Assembly: GCA_016748015.1 (NCBI GenBank)
Contig: JAAOMT010000617.1
Coordinates: 310,001 to 374,000, forward strand
Length of the DNA: 64,000 nt
DNA from: Geosiphon pyriformis uo1
Taxonomy: Eukaryota > Fungi > Glomeromycota
Reading direction: 5' to 3'
Within the stretch, counting starts at the first letter, position 1. Every line of letters begins with the position of its first letter. Below the pieces are notes generated by a model, which saw only the letters and a program-made list of their open reading frames with translations, made no database searches and was not told the origin of the DNA. The position numbers and the translations under genes were made by a program. Below are positions 39,455 to 53,034 of the stretch, piece after piece.

Positions 39455-42400
39455 TAAAAGTGGTGCTCCCTGTAAAGTTGTCAAAATCCACTTTGTTTCC
39501 TATTTGTATGGGTGATTATTCATATCTGCCACAACAATCAAAAAAACACTTTAAAGCACACAACAAAAATGACCTAGATTTTATTGAACTTAATCTTTTG
39601 CCCTCCTGCTTGATTTGCTTCCCCATTGAAGAACAATTCAGCAGACAATTTCAAGACTTTTGGAACTGGTTCCTAAACAAACATTCAGCTGAAATCTACA
39701 CAACTTATACAATCTATTACTTTGATTAAGCTTATTTTGAAGACAACTTTGAAGAAAGAAACAATAGTATCAATCAGCTTTTATATTCTACAACTTTTGA
39801 ACAACAGCCCCCTGATCTCGAATATCTGAATCATCAAATCCACATTTGGATTGTTGCCCATCAATCAACAGAAACTTCTCTTGAAACAGAAGAAGAAAGC
39901 TATCAAACCACTCCTGTTTTTGATCTCTTTTCAAGTGAATTAAAACACTCTACACAAACAGTTACATCTGAACCAATGGCTCAAGACCCTTTGCAACAAA
40001 ACATTCTGATTGCCCTCCAAGATATACAGACTGCTTTAGAGCGAAGAAACAACATCTCATTATTATTATTCAAAGATAATGTCCAAGATCTAATTAAATA
40101 GTTGGATGATTTTAAAAGAGCTGCCACAGCAAACCAATATGATAATGAATACAAGTTCCAAATCATTGGTGGCTACCTCCAAGGCTCTCTTACTACTTGG
40201 TTCTTACAAGAAACCAATGCCAATGCTTAGCAAAAAATTATTAGATGAGCACTGGCAAATGCTGAAAAAGACAACATCTCTTTCACTATCTGGTTTGAAA
40301 CTAAATTTAGAACTCCTATCTTAATCTCAAAATGGTGTATAGAATTAGAAAGAAAAACTCAAGGCTCTGGTGAGATTGTGACAGAATATGCTAAAGCAAT
40401 AAGAAAACTCATTAAATGGGTAGACTCTGGAAGAAATTAAACAGAAAAGCAGAAAATACATTCTTTTACAAAAAAACTGAGAACTGATCTATTATATGCT
40501 CTTTGGTCCCTCCTGGTCTTGAAAAATAATCCCACAATGGACATAGCCATTGAACTTGCTCAGAGAATAAAAGACAATCAAAAAATGCACCTAGGATCCA
40601 CACTTCCAGTTTTTGCTCCTGTTTTTGTTATGGCTTCTGCTCCTCAAATGGCTGCTATCTCTTTTGCTGCCTAAACTCAAGACCCAAATGAACAGTTAAT
40701 AGATAGACTTACAGTTAATCTTGTCTGGCTATTAGAATCATTGGCCCAAGCAGTTAGAGAAAATCAACAACCCTAAAGACTCAGATTTGAACCTCATTTC
40801 AATCAGCCTTAACAACTACTATATCAAAGACAGCAAAATCGTAGCCCATCTATGTGCTATCATTGTGGACTAACTGGATATTTTTCAAGAGACTGCAACA
40901 ATTCTTCATTGCCCTTTTCAGCTTCTAGAAACAATGACAATCAAAACAACAGAACCATTAACAATAATGTTCCCAACCAAAGAACCAATTATGCCAACAT
41001 CAATTTCTTTGGAGAGGATTTCCTAGTTGAAGCCACTGTTTATCAGCCTTTAAACTAGTAGGCGCACCTCCAAAGGGTGAGAGTACAAGCCAATTAGAAG
41101 AAAACCCCTTTTATGCTTTTAACCTAACTAATGATAATCATAATATGGATGAACTAGCAATCAACACTTCTGAATCAACCAGAAAGAAGAAAAAAGCTAA
41201 GGTTGATTTTGTTTTGGACCCAAACAAAGCATCCAAATCATCTGTTAATAACAATGAACCACCAAAGACTAAGATTTTTAAAAATCCTCCAAAGTTGGAA
41301 CCCCCAGAAATTGTACAAAAATCTGGACTCTATTCTGTTGTTAAAGATCTCATGGAAACTCCAGCACACATTACATTTGGCCAACTGATGACCCATCCAC
41401 AATTCAGAAAAGATCTTCACAAATCATTGATACCAAAAAAAAAGACACCAAAGACCAACAAATACTCTCGCCAAGCTGGACTTGCTGATAATAGCAATGT
41501 CATTCCTCTGATTTGTAAAGCCCAAGTGGCTGGCTACTTCATTGATCTGATCCTAGACAGTGAATCATCTGTTAGTGTAATTACCAAACATTTTTTTGAA
41601 GCAATTGGCAGAAAAATTGATGAGCCTTCCATAAGACCAATGACTAATGTATATGGTAACAAGAAGAAAGGCCTGGGCATAACCAAAGCTATTCCTGTTC
41701 ACATCAATGGTATCAGCATCAAAACAGATATGAAAGTATCTGAAGCAAAAGAGTACACCATTATTGTTAGTAATAAATGGCTTAAGAAAACCAAAGCACT
41801 ACTTGACTATGAACTTTGTTAGCTAACCATCAGATGTGGTGAGAAACCTATTGTGGTTAAATGCTGACATTGGACAACTCCTCCAGTACCCAAGCAGAAC
41901 CAAGAAGAAGAACAATCAGATGAATCAGATAATAATAAGAGCAATGATAAAAAAGATCAAGAAGAACTAGAAAAAACTGCTGAACTCGCTTATACCATCT
42001 TCACCAGCAATGGCAAGCCACTGGACAATGTTAAAGCTAACAAAGAAAGAATCATGATAAATGGCAAGCTGATCTGCTGGCCCTATTATAATATTCTCAG
42101 AAGAACTTTTGACAGAAAATCTAGCAAAAAAGCAAAATACAGTTATTAGTGGCATGGCCTTTGTGCATGATACTGATGTAATAAACCTTTGTATTTACCA
42201 AGTAATAAATGCAAATTCTGTCTAATCTACTACAAAGATTGGGAACCAATTAGCTTGATATTTCAAGAAGAACTTAAAGAAATACAAAAGTTTTTTGAGA
42301 ATGAACCACCTGAAATCCAATCACTAGTTGTAAAACAAAGAAAACCTTTTCCTAAAAAAAGAAAAATGGACATTGAAAATCTGTTGGCTAGAAATAGCCC

Positions 42401-45036
42401 AGTTATCTTAAAAAAAGGTGATGCCCCTGGATGAATCCATGTGATACAACACACTATCACCACCAAAGAAACTTGCCCCATCCATTTGAAGCCTTATCAA
42501 TCCAATTGACACAATGATGAGTTTATCAAGAAAAAAATAAACTGGATGAAAGATCTTGGATTTATACAAAAAACCAAGAGTGAATGGGTTTCCCAGTTGT
42601 AGTGGTATCCAAGAAAGGTGGAACCCTATGCTTCTGTGTTAACTACCACCAATTAAATGTCATCACTATAAGAGACATGTATTCACTTTCCAAAATTAAT
42701 ACAATGCTAGATAAATTCAATGGTGCTGTTTTCTTCTCAACTATTGATTTAACTGCTGGATTCTGGCAACTAGAAATGGATCCAGAAAGCAGAAAGAAAA
42801 CTGCTTTTATAACCAAGTATGGCACCTATGAATTCACAGTCATGCCTTTTGGTCTCACCAATACTCCTCCCACCTTTCAATGCCTAATGGATAAAGTGTT
42901 TGAATCAGTAAAAAAAAACTTTGTTCTGGTTTACTTGGATGACATAATAGTATATTCAAAAACCTGGGATGAACACCTTGAACATTTACAGAAGGTTTTT
43001 AACCTGCTCAGAAATGCTGGCCTTAAGATCAACCCAATCAAATCTTTCTTTAGATGCCAATCCACCCAATTTCTTGGTCATCTTGTTACAAAAGATGGAA
43101 TTTTTCCTGACCCAGCTAAAGTTCAAAAAGTTCAAAACATTAGACAACCAATGAATGTTCCTGAACTATGCTCTTTTCTTGGTTTGGCCTTTTACTATCA
43201 CAAATTTATCAAAGATTTTTCCAAAATTGCCTTTTCTCTTAATCAACTATTCAAGAAAAATGTCAATTATCACTGAGACACTCATCAACAAAAAACTTTT
43301 GAATTTTTAAAGGAAAAACTTGTTATTGAACCAATTCTCAAACAACCTGATTTGAACCAACTTTTTATCCTCCACACTGATACATCTGGCTATAAACTTG
43401 GTGCTGTTTTTTTACAGAAAGATGAAAATAACAGAGAACATGCCATAGCATATGCCAGTAGATCCCTCATACCAGCAGAAAAGAGCTATTTAATTACTAA
43501 ACAAAAATGTCTAACAGTAGTTTGGGCTATCAACTACTGGGATCAATATCTTCTTGGTGCAAAATTCTTAGTGGTAACAAATCATCAAGCCTTGGTTTGG
43601 CTGCACAAGAAAAAAAAGCTGGAACACAAAAAAATAACTTGTTGGATACTTTACTTGGATGAATTCAACTATGATATTCAATATCACAAAAGAGCAAATC
43701 ATCAAAATGCCGACACTTTATCTAGACTTACCATTCAGTAACAGTACAACCTCTCAAACCAAACCAACTTAATTATTAGTAACTTCTTTATAAACAAACA
43801 TGATAATGGACTTGGACAACTACTCTGTCTTAATGAAATTTTTGGGTAAAGAACAATATCCACCTGAATACACTTGACAGCAAAGAGAACATTTGTGCAA
43901 ACAATCAAATTTTTATTTGATCTGTTAGAACCAATTATACAAAAAAAACAGAAAAGATCTTGACTGCCCCCAAAGAGTCATCAGATTTGAAAAAAGAAAA
44001 ATTGTAATATACAACATGTACACTGATCCCTTAGCTGGACACTTTGGAAAAACAAAAACAATTCAGAAAACTTTAGCTCACTATTATTGGCCTACCTTGG
44101 AAAAAGACATTGCTGAATACATCAAAACCCGTGACATCTACCAAAGAAAAGGCAAATCCAATCGCAAAAAAAATATCTATCCAATCTCTGTTGGTCAATC
44201 ATTTGACAGAATTGGTATAGATATTATTGAATCTTTAACAATTACTCCTAATGGCAACAAATATATTATCACAGCTACCAACTATCTTACAAAGTGAGTA
44301 GAAGCAAGAGCCACCCCAGACCAAACAGCAGTCTCAATAGCTAATTTTATTTATAAAAATATTATCTGCCATCATGACTGCTCCAAAGAACTTTTATCTA
44401 ATAGAGAAAAAGCTTTTCTCAGTACACTGGTTGAAAAACTTTGTAGAAAAATGGGAATATATCATAAACTTTCCTCCTCTTATTACTCCCAAACAAATGG
44501 TCTAGTAGAACATTTCAATAGAACATTATGTGAAACCCTAACCAAAACCAGTAAAGAAACAAACTTATGGGACAAAGTACTGCTTTTAGCTTTGTTTGCT
44601 TATAGAACTGTGAATCATGACATAACAAGTTATGAACCTTTTTATCTGCTCTATGAATGCATGGCAACACTACTAATAGAAATTGATATTGAAACAATAC
44701 TCTTTGAAGAGATCACAATAGGGAATTACAAAGACATTTTGCAAAAAAGACTTAATACTATTCTTGACTCCTTGGTAAAAGCACGAATAATTGCTTTTGA
44801 AAAGATAAAACAGTTTCAAGAAAAGCTTAAAAAAAAGAAAACCTATAAAACACTTTCTTTAAGTGTTGGTGACTTGATATTGGAATATTGTTCAGACAGA
44901 GACAATGTCTATGGTGATAAATTTTCTAGCTGATAAAAAGAACTCTTTATAGTCAACAAAGTTTTGAACAATGGTTCTTATATTCTTCAAGATCAATCTG
45001 AAACAATCTTCAATGATTGTCCTGTTCATTGAAGTC

Positions 45037-45552
45037 ACATAAAATTAAACAGTAGTTACATAACTAAGTGTTTAGCTCTTCTAAATATTATTTTTGTTCT
45101 TTTTGTGTAGATGCCAAGTCTTGGTAGTATTTGTGGAATTGCTCTGGGTTACTTATAATATTAAAAAATATATTTGAATTTGGGATAAGAATGGTTTTAA
45201 CTGGTTCTTGTAAGTTATTTTTAATTGTCAATATTTTATTAAACGAAATGTTTTCAACTTTAGCACTTATTATTCACCAAATTTTGTTTTTATTGTGTAA
45301 GTAACCATTCAAGCATGAGAGTGTTTAGTTCTATGCAGTAATAAAAAAAGTTCCTCGGCTTATCCAATTGCTAATAAAAATCATGTATTGACATGATGTA
45401 TTGCACATTTTTCTTTGACCAGAAATGTTATTCTACATTTTTTTATCAAGTAATGTTATTTCACAAATAAGACATAATTTATTGTTCCACTTTTTTTGTT
45501 GTTTTGGGTAGCCAAAACATTTTTAATGACATGGCTTGTAGTAATAGTGATG
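45037..45552 (-). mobile_element. ~0.5 kb fragment of a C-family Cys-rich pol region inserted antisense within element B
   Basis: Collinear with ~2010-2525 (e.g. ccaaaacattttt..tg.catgg.tt..agtaata); interrupts B at the end of integrase. Confidence 0.8.
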
Positions 45553-45682
45553 GTACACAATTCAAAAAATACCATAAATGACCTAATTGGCTGCCTGTTG
45601 TGGTAATACCAACTCAAATGATCAACAAAAATCAAGTATAAATAAATGCACCATTTCCAAAACAGAGGTATCTTTAATCGAC

Positions 45683-46339
45683 ATGAACAATTATTTTCTG
45701 AATCAAAACATTTAAAACACCTTCTATACTCTTCATGAGTATTGGATCAAAAACTATTCAAATACTACTCTGACCATTGGAAAACAAACCACCATAACTG
45801 ATAATAGTGGAACACATATTGTTATTAGACCAAAAAAAACCACTACCAAAAAAGAAAGAATTGGTAGTAAAATAGATAAATATCTATTGGAAAGTATAAC
45901 AGCAGTTATACTCCCACCTTGCAACACAATTGGAAAAACACTTCAAGAAATCTTATCCATAGACAAAAACTTGTCATATGGAAGGCAATTAGAACTTTAT
46001 GGTCACCTTGGTGAAATTATAGAGGATATAAAACTCATGAAGAAAACAACTTCAGAGATACAGACAAAAATTTTGGGCATTATATAGTTAAATGTCTTAA
46101 GAGTTTTAACTATTGCTAAAAGAGCCAAAACTCTAATACAAAAATTTGGTCTCCTGAATACAAAACTCATTTCACTTCAAGTGTTATATATCTTATTAAC
46201 AAAAGACTTCAACAAACTAGTTAGCTTTGAGTTAGATAAAACTCTTTCAATAGATTACATCATAAATAGCTTAATTTTATCAGAGCTCAATTTCTTTGGA
46301 GAGAATGATGTTATAGTTGAAACTTATACTTCTTATTAA
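45683..46339 (+). pseudogene. ORF3 of element B (unknown function)
   Basis: One frame from ATG 45683 to TAA 46339 with two internal stops; runs through the PPT into the 3' LTR. Confidence 0.7.
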
Positions 46340-47037
46340 TTATCACATGTATTAGCCACTCTATTTTTAGTAAGTAATCATTGACTTGATCAATGACCTA
46401 ACTGTTGACCTGATCATTGACTTGATCATTGATCTGATTAATGACTTAATCATTGATCTGATTATTAACCTGATTATTGACTTAGTTATTAACTTGATCA
46501 TTGACCATTTTTGATAGCTATATAAGTGATGAATCTCTTAATTGTAGAAAAACATGAAGAAATCAAGAAAATCAAATAAATAAAATAACAACTTTCATCT
46601 CAATCTTTCTCTTATCGCTAATTTCTCTTTCCATACTTTCAAGTATCTGAACATCTTAAAGATAAAAAATTACTTGTTAGTTATTCTTTACACTTTTCCT
46701 GAAACGTGTAATTACAACATTTGGAGATTATTGAATAAAATATAACTAAAGAGCACATCTAATACTTGATATTGAATTCTAAGAGTACTGACATAAAGCA
46801 TAGAATTATACCAAATATGATCATTTGTTAACAGTACAGACTATCCCTCTACCTTCAGATTCCCCAGTTATTTTTGAAAAGTATAGCAACTGAGATATTT
46901 TATGAGACTGATCTCACACATTGAATCCATACTTATTCAATTCGCTCTTTGAAGTTGAATTCTTTTTAATTATTCCTATCACCCTATAATCCTGTTTTCT
47001 CTTGCTATCCGTTAACTTGTTACTCCAATCCATAACA
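46309..47037 (+). repeat. 3' LTR of element B (729 bp) with 12-bp tandem array 46377-46508
   Basis: Eleven ATCATTGACTTG-like units, versus three at 38890-38925 in the 5' LTR. Confidence 0.95.
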
Positions 47038-48891
47038 ATACTATTTTAAATTTTAATAATATATTCTAAAAACTTTTGAAAATTAAACAGATATTTTAAC
47101 AAATTAAAAATTATTTTGTTAAATTATTAAATATTTTATTAAGTTTTAATATTATATTTACTTATAATTATGTATTATACAAATTAATTATTAATTAATA
47201 AAAAATACACATTAAAAATTAAAAATTAATTTATTAAAGTTAAAAACACTATTAAAAAAATAATTAAACACCAGAATAAATCTGCCAAAAAAAGCAAAAA
47301 TATTAAACATAAAATTATTAAAAGCAATATTTTTACTAAATTTCTGTTTTTTATACAAAAACTTTATTATAAAATCTTTAAATATACAAAATTTTTAAAT
47401 ATATTATGTATATATAATAATATTAAATAACAAAAACTTATTCAAAAAAATATTTGTAGCAACAATTAAAACAAAAAAATTTTAACACTATTTTTTACTA
47501 TTAAAACCAATTAACAAACAAAACAAATTTAGCAGTATTAAAAAACTTAAAATACACAATAGCATATTATTACAAACTAGCAAGTTTCAGCTTAATATTT
47601 ACAATTCTACTAAAAACACTTAAAACTTTTTAATTTTATCAAAAAAACATTTAAGAAAATATTACACAAAATTATAAGAGTAAAAAAAAAATAAAACCAA
47701 ATCATAAAAATTTTTACAATTTTGAAAGTAGTAAAAAAGAAAAAGTAACAATCATAATTTAAACAAAAAAACTTGAAATGTAAATTTTATACAAAAGCTT
47801 AATATTGTTTTTAATAACCAATTTTAAATTAAAAAAAATATGTAAAAATTAAAATACAGTTTTAACATAAGTCAATTTAATTTTAATAATTTTATCAAAC
47901 ATTAGAGTAAAGATTATTTACTCAAAAAATCTTTAAAAACTATTAAATATTTTTTAAATATTACTAAACCAGCAGTATTTTTAAAAGACAGAAAAGAAAA
48001 AAGTGTTTTGGTTTTATTTAATCAGCCCAATTTTAATAAATTAATTAGATAAAGTTATATATAAAGACATAACTTGTTTTGTTTTTAAAATTGGTAATAA
48101 TTAGTTGAATATATAATAAATTAAGCAATATAACTATATGTTAATCAAGACCAGTTTTGGCAGGTGTATTACTGCTATTATTATTTAAATAAAATAGAGA
48201 TTATTGTTTAAAGTATAAAAATATTGCAATTTACCAATTTTTTTTTTTTTATACAATTTGTATTAAACAAATAAAACACACTATATATAAAAATTATATT
48301 ATATTAAAAAACAAATGTTTATAAATTTAAATAATTGAAAATCAAGTAAAAAATACCAATTTAAAAAATCTATATAAACTTAATATCTTAGACTTGAATA
48401 AGATTAAAAGATAAAAAAGCAAAAATTCTTTTTAACATTGAATTTTGATATTTTGATATTTTATACTTATTTTTACAAATGATTTTGTTCTTTTTTTTGG
48501 GTGTATACTTAATTCACTTAAATGTGATTAAAATATATACACTTTTTTTGGATCAAATGTTGGCTTGAATCAAACAAGAAATTTTCCGGTGTGTATTCTC
48601 GGAAAAAACCAAAATAATATCGAATGTTAACGTAGATATATCAATGAATAATAATGTACACTGTATTGTGCATGGGATAGCGAAAATTCTCATATTGATT
48701 TGGAAAGTTTTGCTACTCAAAATTCTGTTTCCTTTGATAACTAAGCTAATGCAACTATAATGGTTAGATGAATGTGTCAACAAACAAAAATGCTAAAAAT
48801 TAAATTATGACGTGAAATTATATACGGTGAAATTTGATATTAAAAAATTTGGTAATGTTCTGGATGGAATATTAGATTAAGATTTATTCAT

Positions 48892-50654
48892 TTAATATTT
48901 TGCCTGCTTCTGTTGTCCAGCTGGTTCCTCGAAGTAACTGTCCCATGACCTTATCGGATTCCAACTATGTTCCCCGAATGACATACGCGGATTGAACTCA
49001 ATCCTTGGTAACCGACTTTTGACGTGATGTGAGTTTTGAGTCAGGGTCGATTGCGACCATCGTGTAAAGACTTTATTTGATTCTTTGTACAGAAGCCTCT
49101 CATTCATTAAGTATGCTAGGGCGTTACCTATTCCCCCAAAGTTTATGCCTAGAGATTGGGCAAAAGGGAAAAAAGAAAGAGATTAGCTAAATATTGTAGT
49201 TCATGAGAAAATAAAAGATGAGTAAAATTAATATAATATTACCGCCTATAATAAATACATAAGTCCATGTCCCGATTATCTAACAGAAACATAATAGTTT
49301 TATTTAATAAAAACAAAGTTTAATAGTTTCGAAAATTCAATTTAGAATTTCCTATGTACCTTTAAAAGGCCGGCTACCACATAGGTAAATACAGGTATCT
49401 AGGGAAATATATGGTAAATTATTGTTCAAATTCTTGCGGATATACAATCTTTGTCGGCACTTACCCATTGAAGCAAAAATACGAATACATAACTAAGAAT
49501 TTTTCTGGTCACTCGATCGTCATATGTTTTGCCATGTACTGATACACTAGCCTCTTTCAATTCTGCTCGATTTTTTGCCAGTATAACAAGAATGTACAGG
49601 AAGCAGAATAAAGTGGTACCAAAGTTTGTTCCCATTAAGAAAAGTGACGTTATCGCTGAAAGGAGGGTTGTGTTTATTGTTGAGCACCTTTTATAAAAAA
49701 GTGTTGATGAGGATTTTCGAATCAAATCAAGAGAACATTGCAAAAATAGTGGGGTTTTTTTATTTACCAGTAATTATTGAGCCTGCCGTATCCACCATCA
49801 ATTTTCGTCATTAAAGTGATCAAGTCTAAAACTATAATAATCGCAAACATTTTCCAATCATATCTCCCAAATTCAAACTCTTTTTCACGAGCAACTGTTT
49901 AAAAATTTAAATAAGAATTAATTTACTGATTTTCATATTCGAAAATCGGAAAAAAGAAATGTTTCCTTACCTTTAAGGTAAGTTGTCACAGCAATAATGC
50001 CATAAAGGTAGAAATTGGCATTCATTGTTATTTGAAGTGCTCCGGCTAAATATGAACAGGCTGGGTCTGGCCAAGGGTGCTCGTGAATATTAGTGTATAC
50101 CTAAATTTTAAAGTTGATTATTAATTATTTTAGATATTTTACAAAATTGAAGATTGATTTCATACCAAATTGAAAAGCAGTAATACAATCATCGAAGCAT
50201 CTAGAATGACAATGTTAATTGAATTCAAGTATTTTTCACATAATATTAACATAATTGAAATCAAAATCAACTCCTTTGATTTCTATCTACCTGTACAAGC
50301 GGTATAAAATGGTAAGCGATAACACATTGGCAAAGTGTGTAATCCTCGCGCTCGCCATTTCTTTATAGTTTGAAACAAAACAAAACTACATCCGATTGCA
50401 TTCAAAAAGATGAATACAAATGCTGTCCAAAACACGATATAGCCTTCTCTTGTTCTTTTTCGAGGGATTGAGACTGTTACTTCAGCCTCTGTAGCATTAC
50501 TATCTATAGTTAAATTTTCTCCACTTGTATAATTGTTTTTTAATATCACAGCTTCATCTTCTGAATCAAAGATAGTGTTTTGCGGCATTGCAGAAATAAC
50601 AAACACGAGGGATAATATTAATAAGAGGAAACCAGTAAATGATCTCATGCTCAT
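48892..50654 (-). CDS. Seven-transmembrane GPCR-like receptor (Git3/cAMP-receptor-like), 8 exons, 403 aa, with signal peptide
   Basis: Exons 50654-50291, 50200-50166, 50100-49971, 49894-49768, 49687-49465, 49398-49360, 49279-49243, 49148-48892 joined by GT-AG introns give 1212 nt with no internal stop; seven hydrophobic segments; motifs RLPFYTACTD, FGRYDWK, YWC, KILSYVFVFLLQWIP, NFGGIGNALAY. Confidence 0.9.
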
Positions 50655-53034
50655 GATGAAAATTAGGTATCTTTTTTTTGGGGGGATAAAATGTAAAACA
50701 AATTTTTGCAGCAGCAAACAGCAGCAGAATTAAAGTATTATTGTCATTCACTTCACTTTTATAAAAAGAATCAACTATTTGTTAAAGAAGCAATGGGAAG
50801 GAGGGGAAGAAAAAAAAGAGAAGCTCAAGAAGATTGAAATGGTGGTAAAAAAGATCCTTTATTTATTTTCCTTGAAAAGTTAATTTATCAACATTTCTAG
50901 GATTTTTGAGTGATTTAGTGTTCAATTACAGATAGAAGATCTCTATGAGAGTGTGGAGATGTGAATATGTGAATATATTGCGGGACAAAAAATTATTTAA
51001 TCCATCCTTGTCATTTTTTCACCAATTCTCTCTCGCTAACTAGCTTGACTAAATATCGAGATAAAGGCAATTTAAATGATTTTGCTTATCAGTTGCCTCT
51101 TATCTCGTTATTATTCACTCGGAGATTCCAAATTTTCTATAGATTTTAAAGGTAAAAATGATGTGTGTTCCCTGACTTGCCAAACAAATCCAGTACAAAG
51201 CCTGGTATTTCACCTGTAAAATTACTTTATGATCGTTCACATACATAAGAGATAGAGATAAAATAGAGAAATCTTCATAATCCAAATCCAGAAAACTTGC
51301 TAGTATTGTTTTTATTTGATACCAAGGTTATTTACATCGGAAAATTGAATTTTTAAAATTTAAACATTACTTTTTCAAATTTAATATTATTGGCTCACGG
51401 ATCGTCAAATATATCATTCCCGACATCCGAATTGTAAGTTCAACAAAGACGATTATGAAAAATGTAGATTGATTATCAATTATAATTTGATTTGATTTGT
51501 TGTCTATTTATGATAAAGAAAGGTTCGAAATGTAGCAAGATAAATTTTCCTTTAAATTTGCATGCGTTAAAAAATGCCATTAAAACCATTCTTTAAAAAC
51601 CTCGTTTTTATATTTTAAAAGAAGATAAAGAATTCTGTATTCTCACGCGCTTGAATTACTGATTGTTTATATTTGATAATGCGCTCATTTTTTTTATTCA
51701 TCACAAAGAATATATAGAAAAGGAAACGAGTTTGTCTCATGTAGCAGACATTCAAAAGGACTAGAAATTAAATTTAGCAAATATTTTGGATAATTTGAAA
51801 TAATAATTAAAAATTTTTCTATTAAAGGATAAAGTTGAAAAGTTTTCTGACTTCATTTGTGTAAAAATTCTGGAACAAGATGTGGGGATTGGTTAAAGGT
51901 TTTAATGAGTCCAAATAAACTAAAAATTAAAAAATTGTCCAAAAGTCAAAAGAAAATAGTGTAGGCTTTTATTTTTATTACCTTGTATTTGGGATCGGAA
52001 ATTTTGGGTGATACATTGTGTGTTAAAAAACTGAAAATTTCAGAGGAATTAAAAATATTTTATCAAAAAGGCACGTCAATATTCATGTTCATTATAAAAT
52101 TTTTTTTTTTGAAGAGAAAACTGGATTATTTTCTTTTAAATACATGTATATATTTTGTTTAATATTATAAAAAATCGATCATTAAAATGTTTAATTTCTT
52201 AAAGCTTTCGTGAACTTTTGATATATATATACGAAGCTTGCTTAGCAACAAGAAACACTTGACCAAAAAAGGTAAAACCTTCATATTTTTTGGTTAGATT
52301 TTTCCAAAAAGTACATATGATGTCCTATTCAGGAATTTAGAACTTAAGAAGGTTTAAAAAAACCTTATTCCAAAATCATTATCTCGGATTTCTTTCAGAG
52401 GCAGTTTATCGAATCTCCGGTGTTGAATTTTAATTATTCTGTTACACAAAAATAATGCAGCACAGAAACCGCAAAAAATATCAAAAAACACGGAAAGAAA
52501 CTTATATATCTTTAATCTGTTTGTAATACAAAAATTGTATTGTCACAAATGACAATTATCTCTGATAATTAGCTTCATGTTTTAGCAACCTTCATCCCTG
52601 ACAATTAGCAAAAAAGAATTTGGAAATTTAATCAGGGTTATATAGTCTCAAATATTATAAAATAAAAATAGAGTTAAATCAAAACTATTCTTTCAGATAA
52701 TATTTGACACATTTTTAAAAGTAAAATTCTTTTATTTAAAAAAAAAAAACATCAAGTTTTTAATAAAATCCTAAAGCTTGTTTGGGCAGCAAGAATTAGA
52801 GATAATTTTTTTCATGAAAATTTTTTACATATGAATCCATTTCATAAGTGTAACCAAAAAACATTTTTTTATTAGTTAAAAAATTTGAATTAGCTCAAGG
52901 CTAAAATGAAAAAATTAATCAGTAAAAATAATTATAATCTTGAAAATTGAGTTTGAATTCATGATATCTTCTATTAGCTTTGACTTAATGAGAACAATTA
53001 TTTAACAGAGTGTTATTTCTTTAATTTTAGTCTA

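Larger units (their letters stand above)
38800..47037 (+). mobile_element. Full-length degenerate Ty3/Gypsy LTR retrotransposon B (gag, PR, RT, RH, IN, ORF3; no dUTPase)
   Basis: LTRs 38800-39454 and 46309-47037 (TGTTA...TAACA); TSD ATAC 38796-38799 / 47038-47041; PBS TGGTGCTCCC at 39461; PPT ~46298-46308; CYHCGLTGYFSRDC, LILDS, MPFGL, VYLDD, IAYASR, integrase HHCC and core. Confidence 0.96.

Noticed and set aside
46377-46508. CRISPR-like array
   Set aside because: Contiguous 12-mers without spacers inside a eukaryotic LTR; no cas genes.
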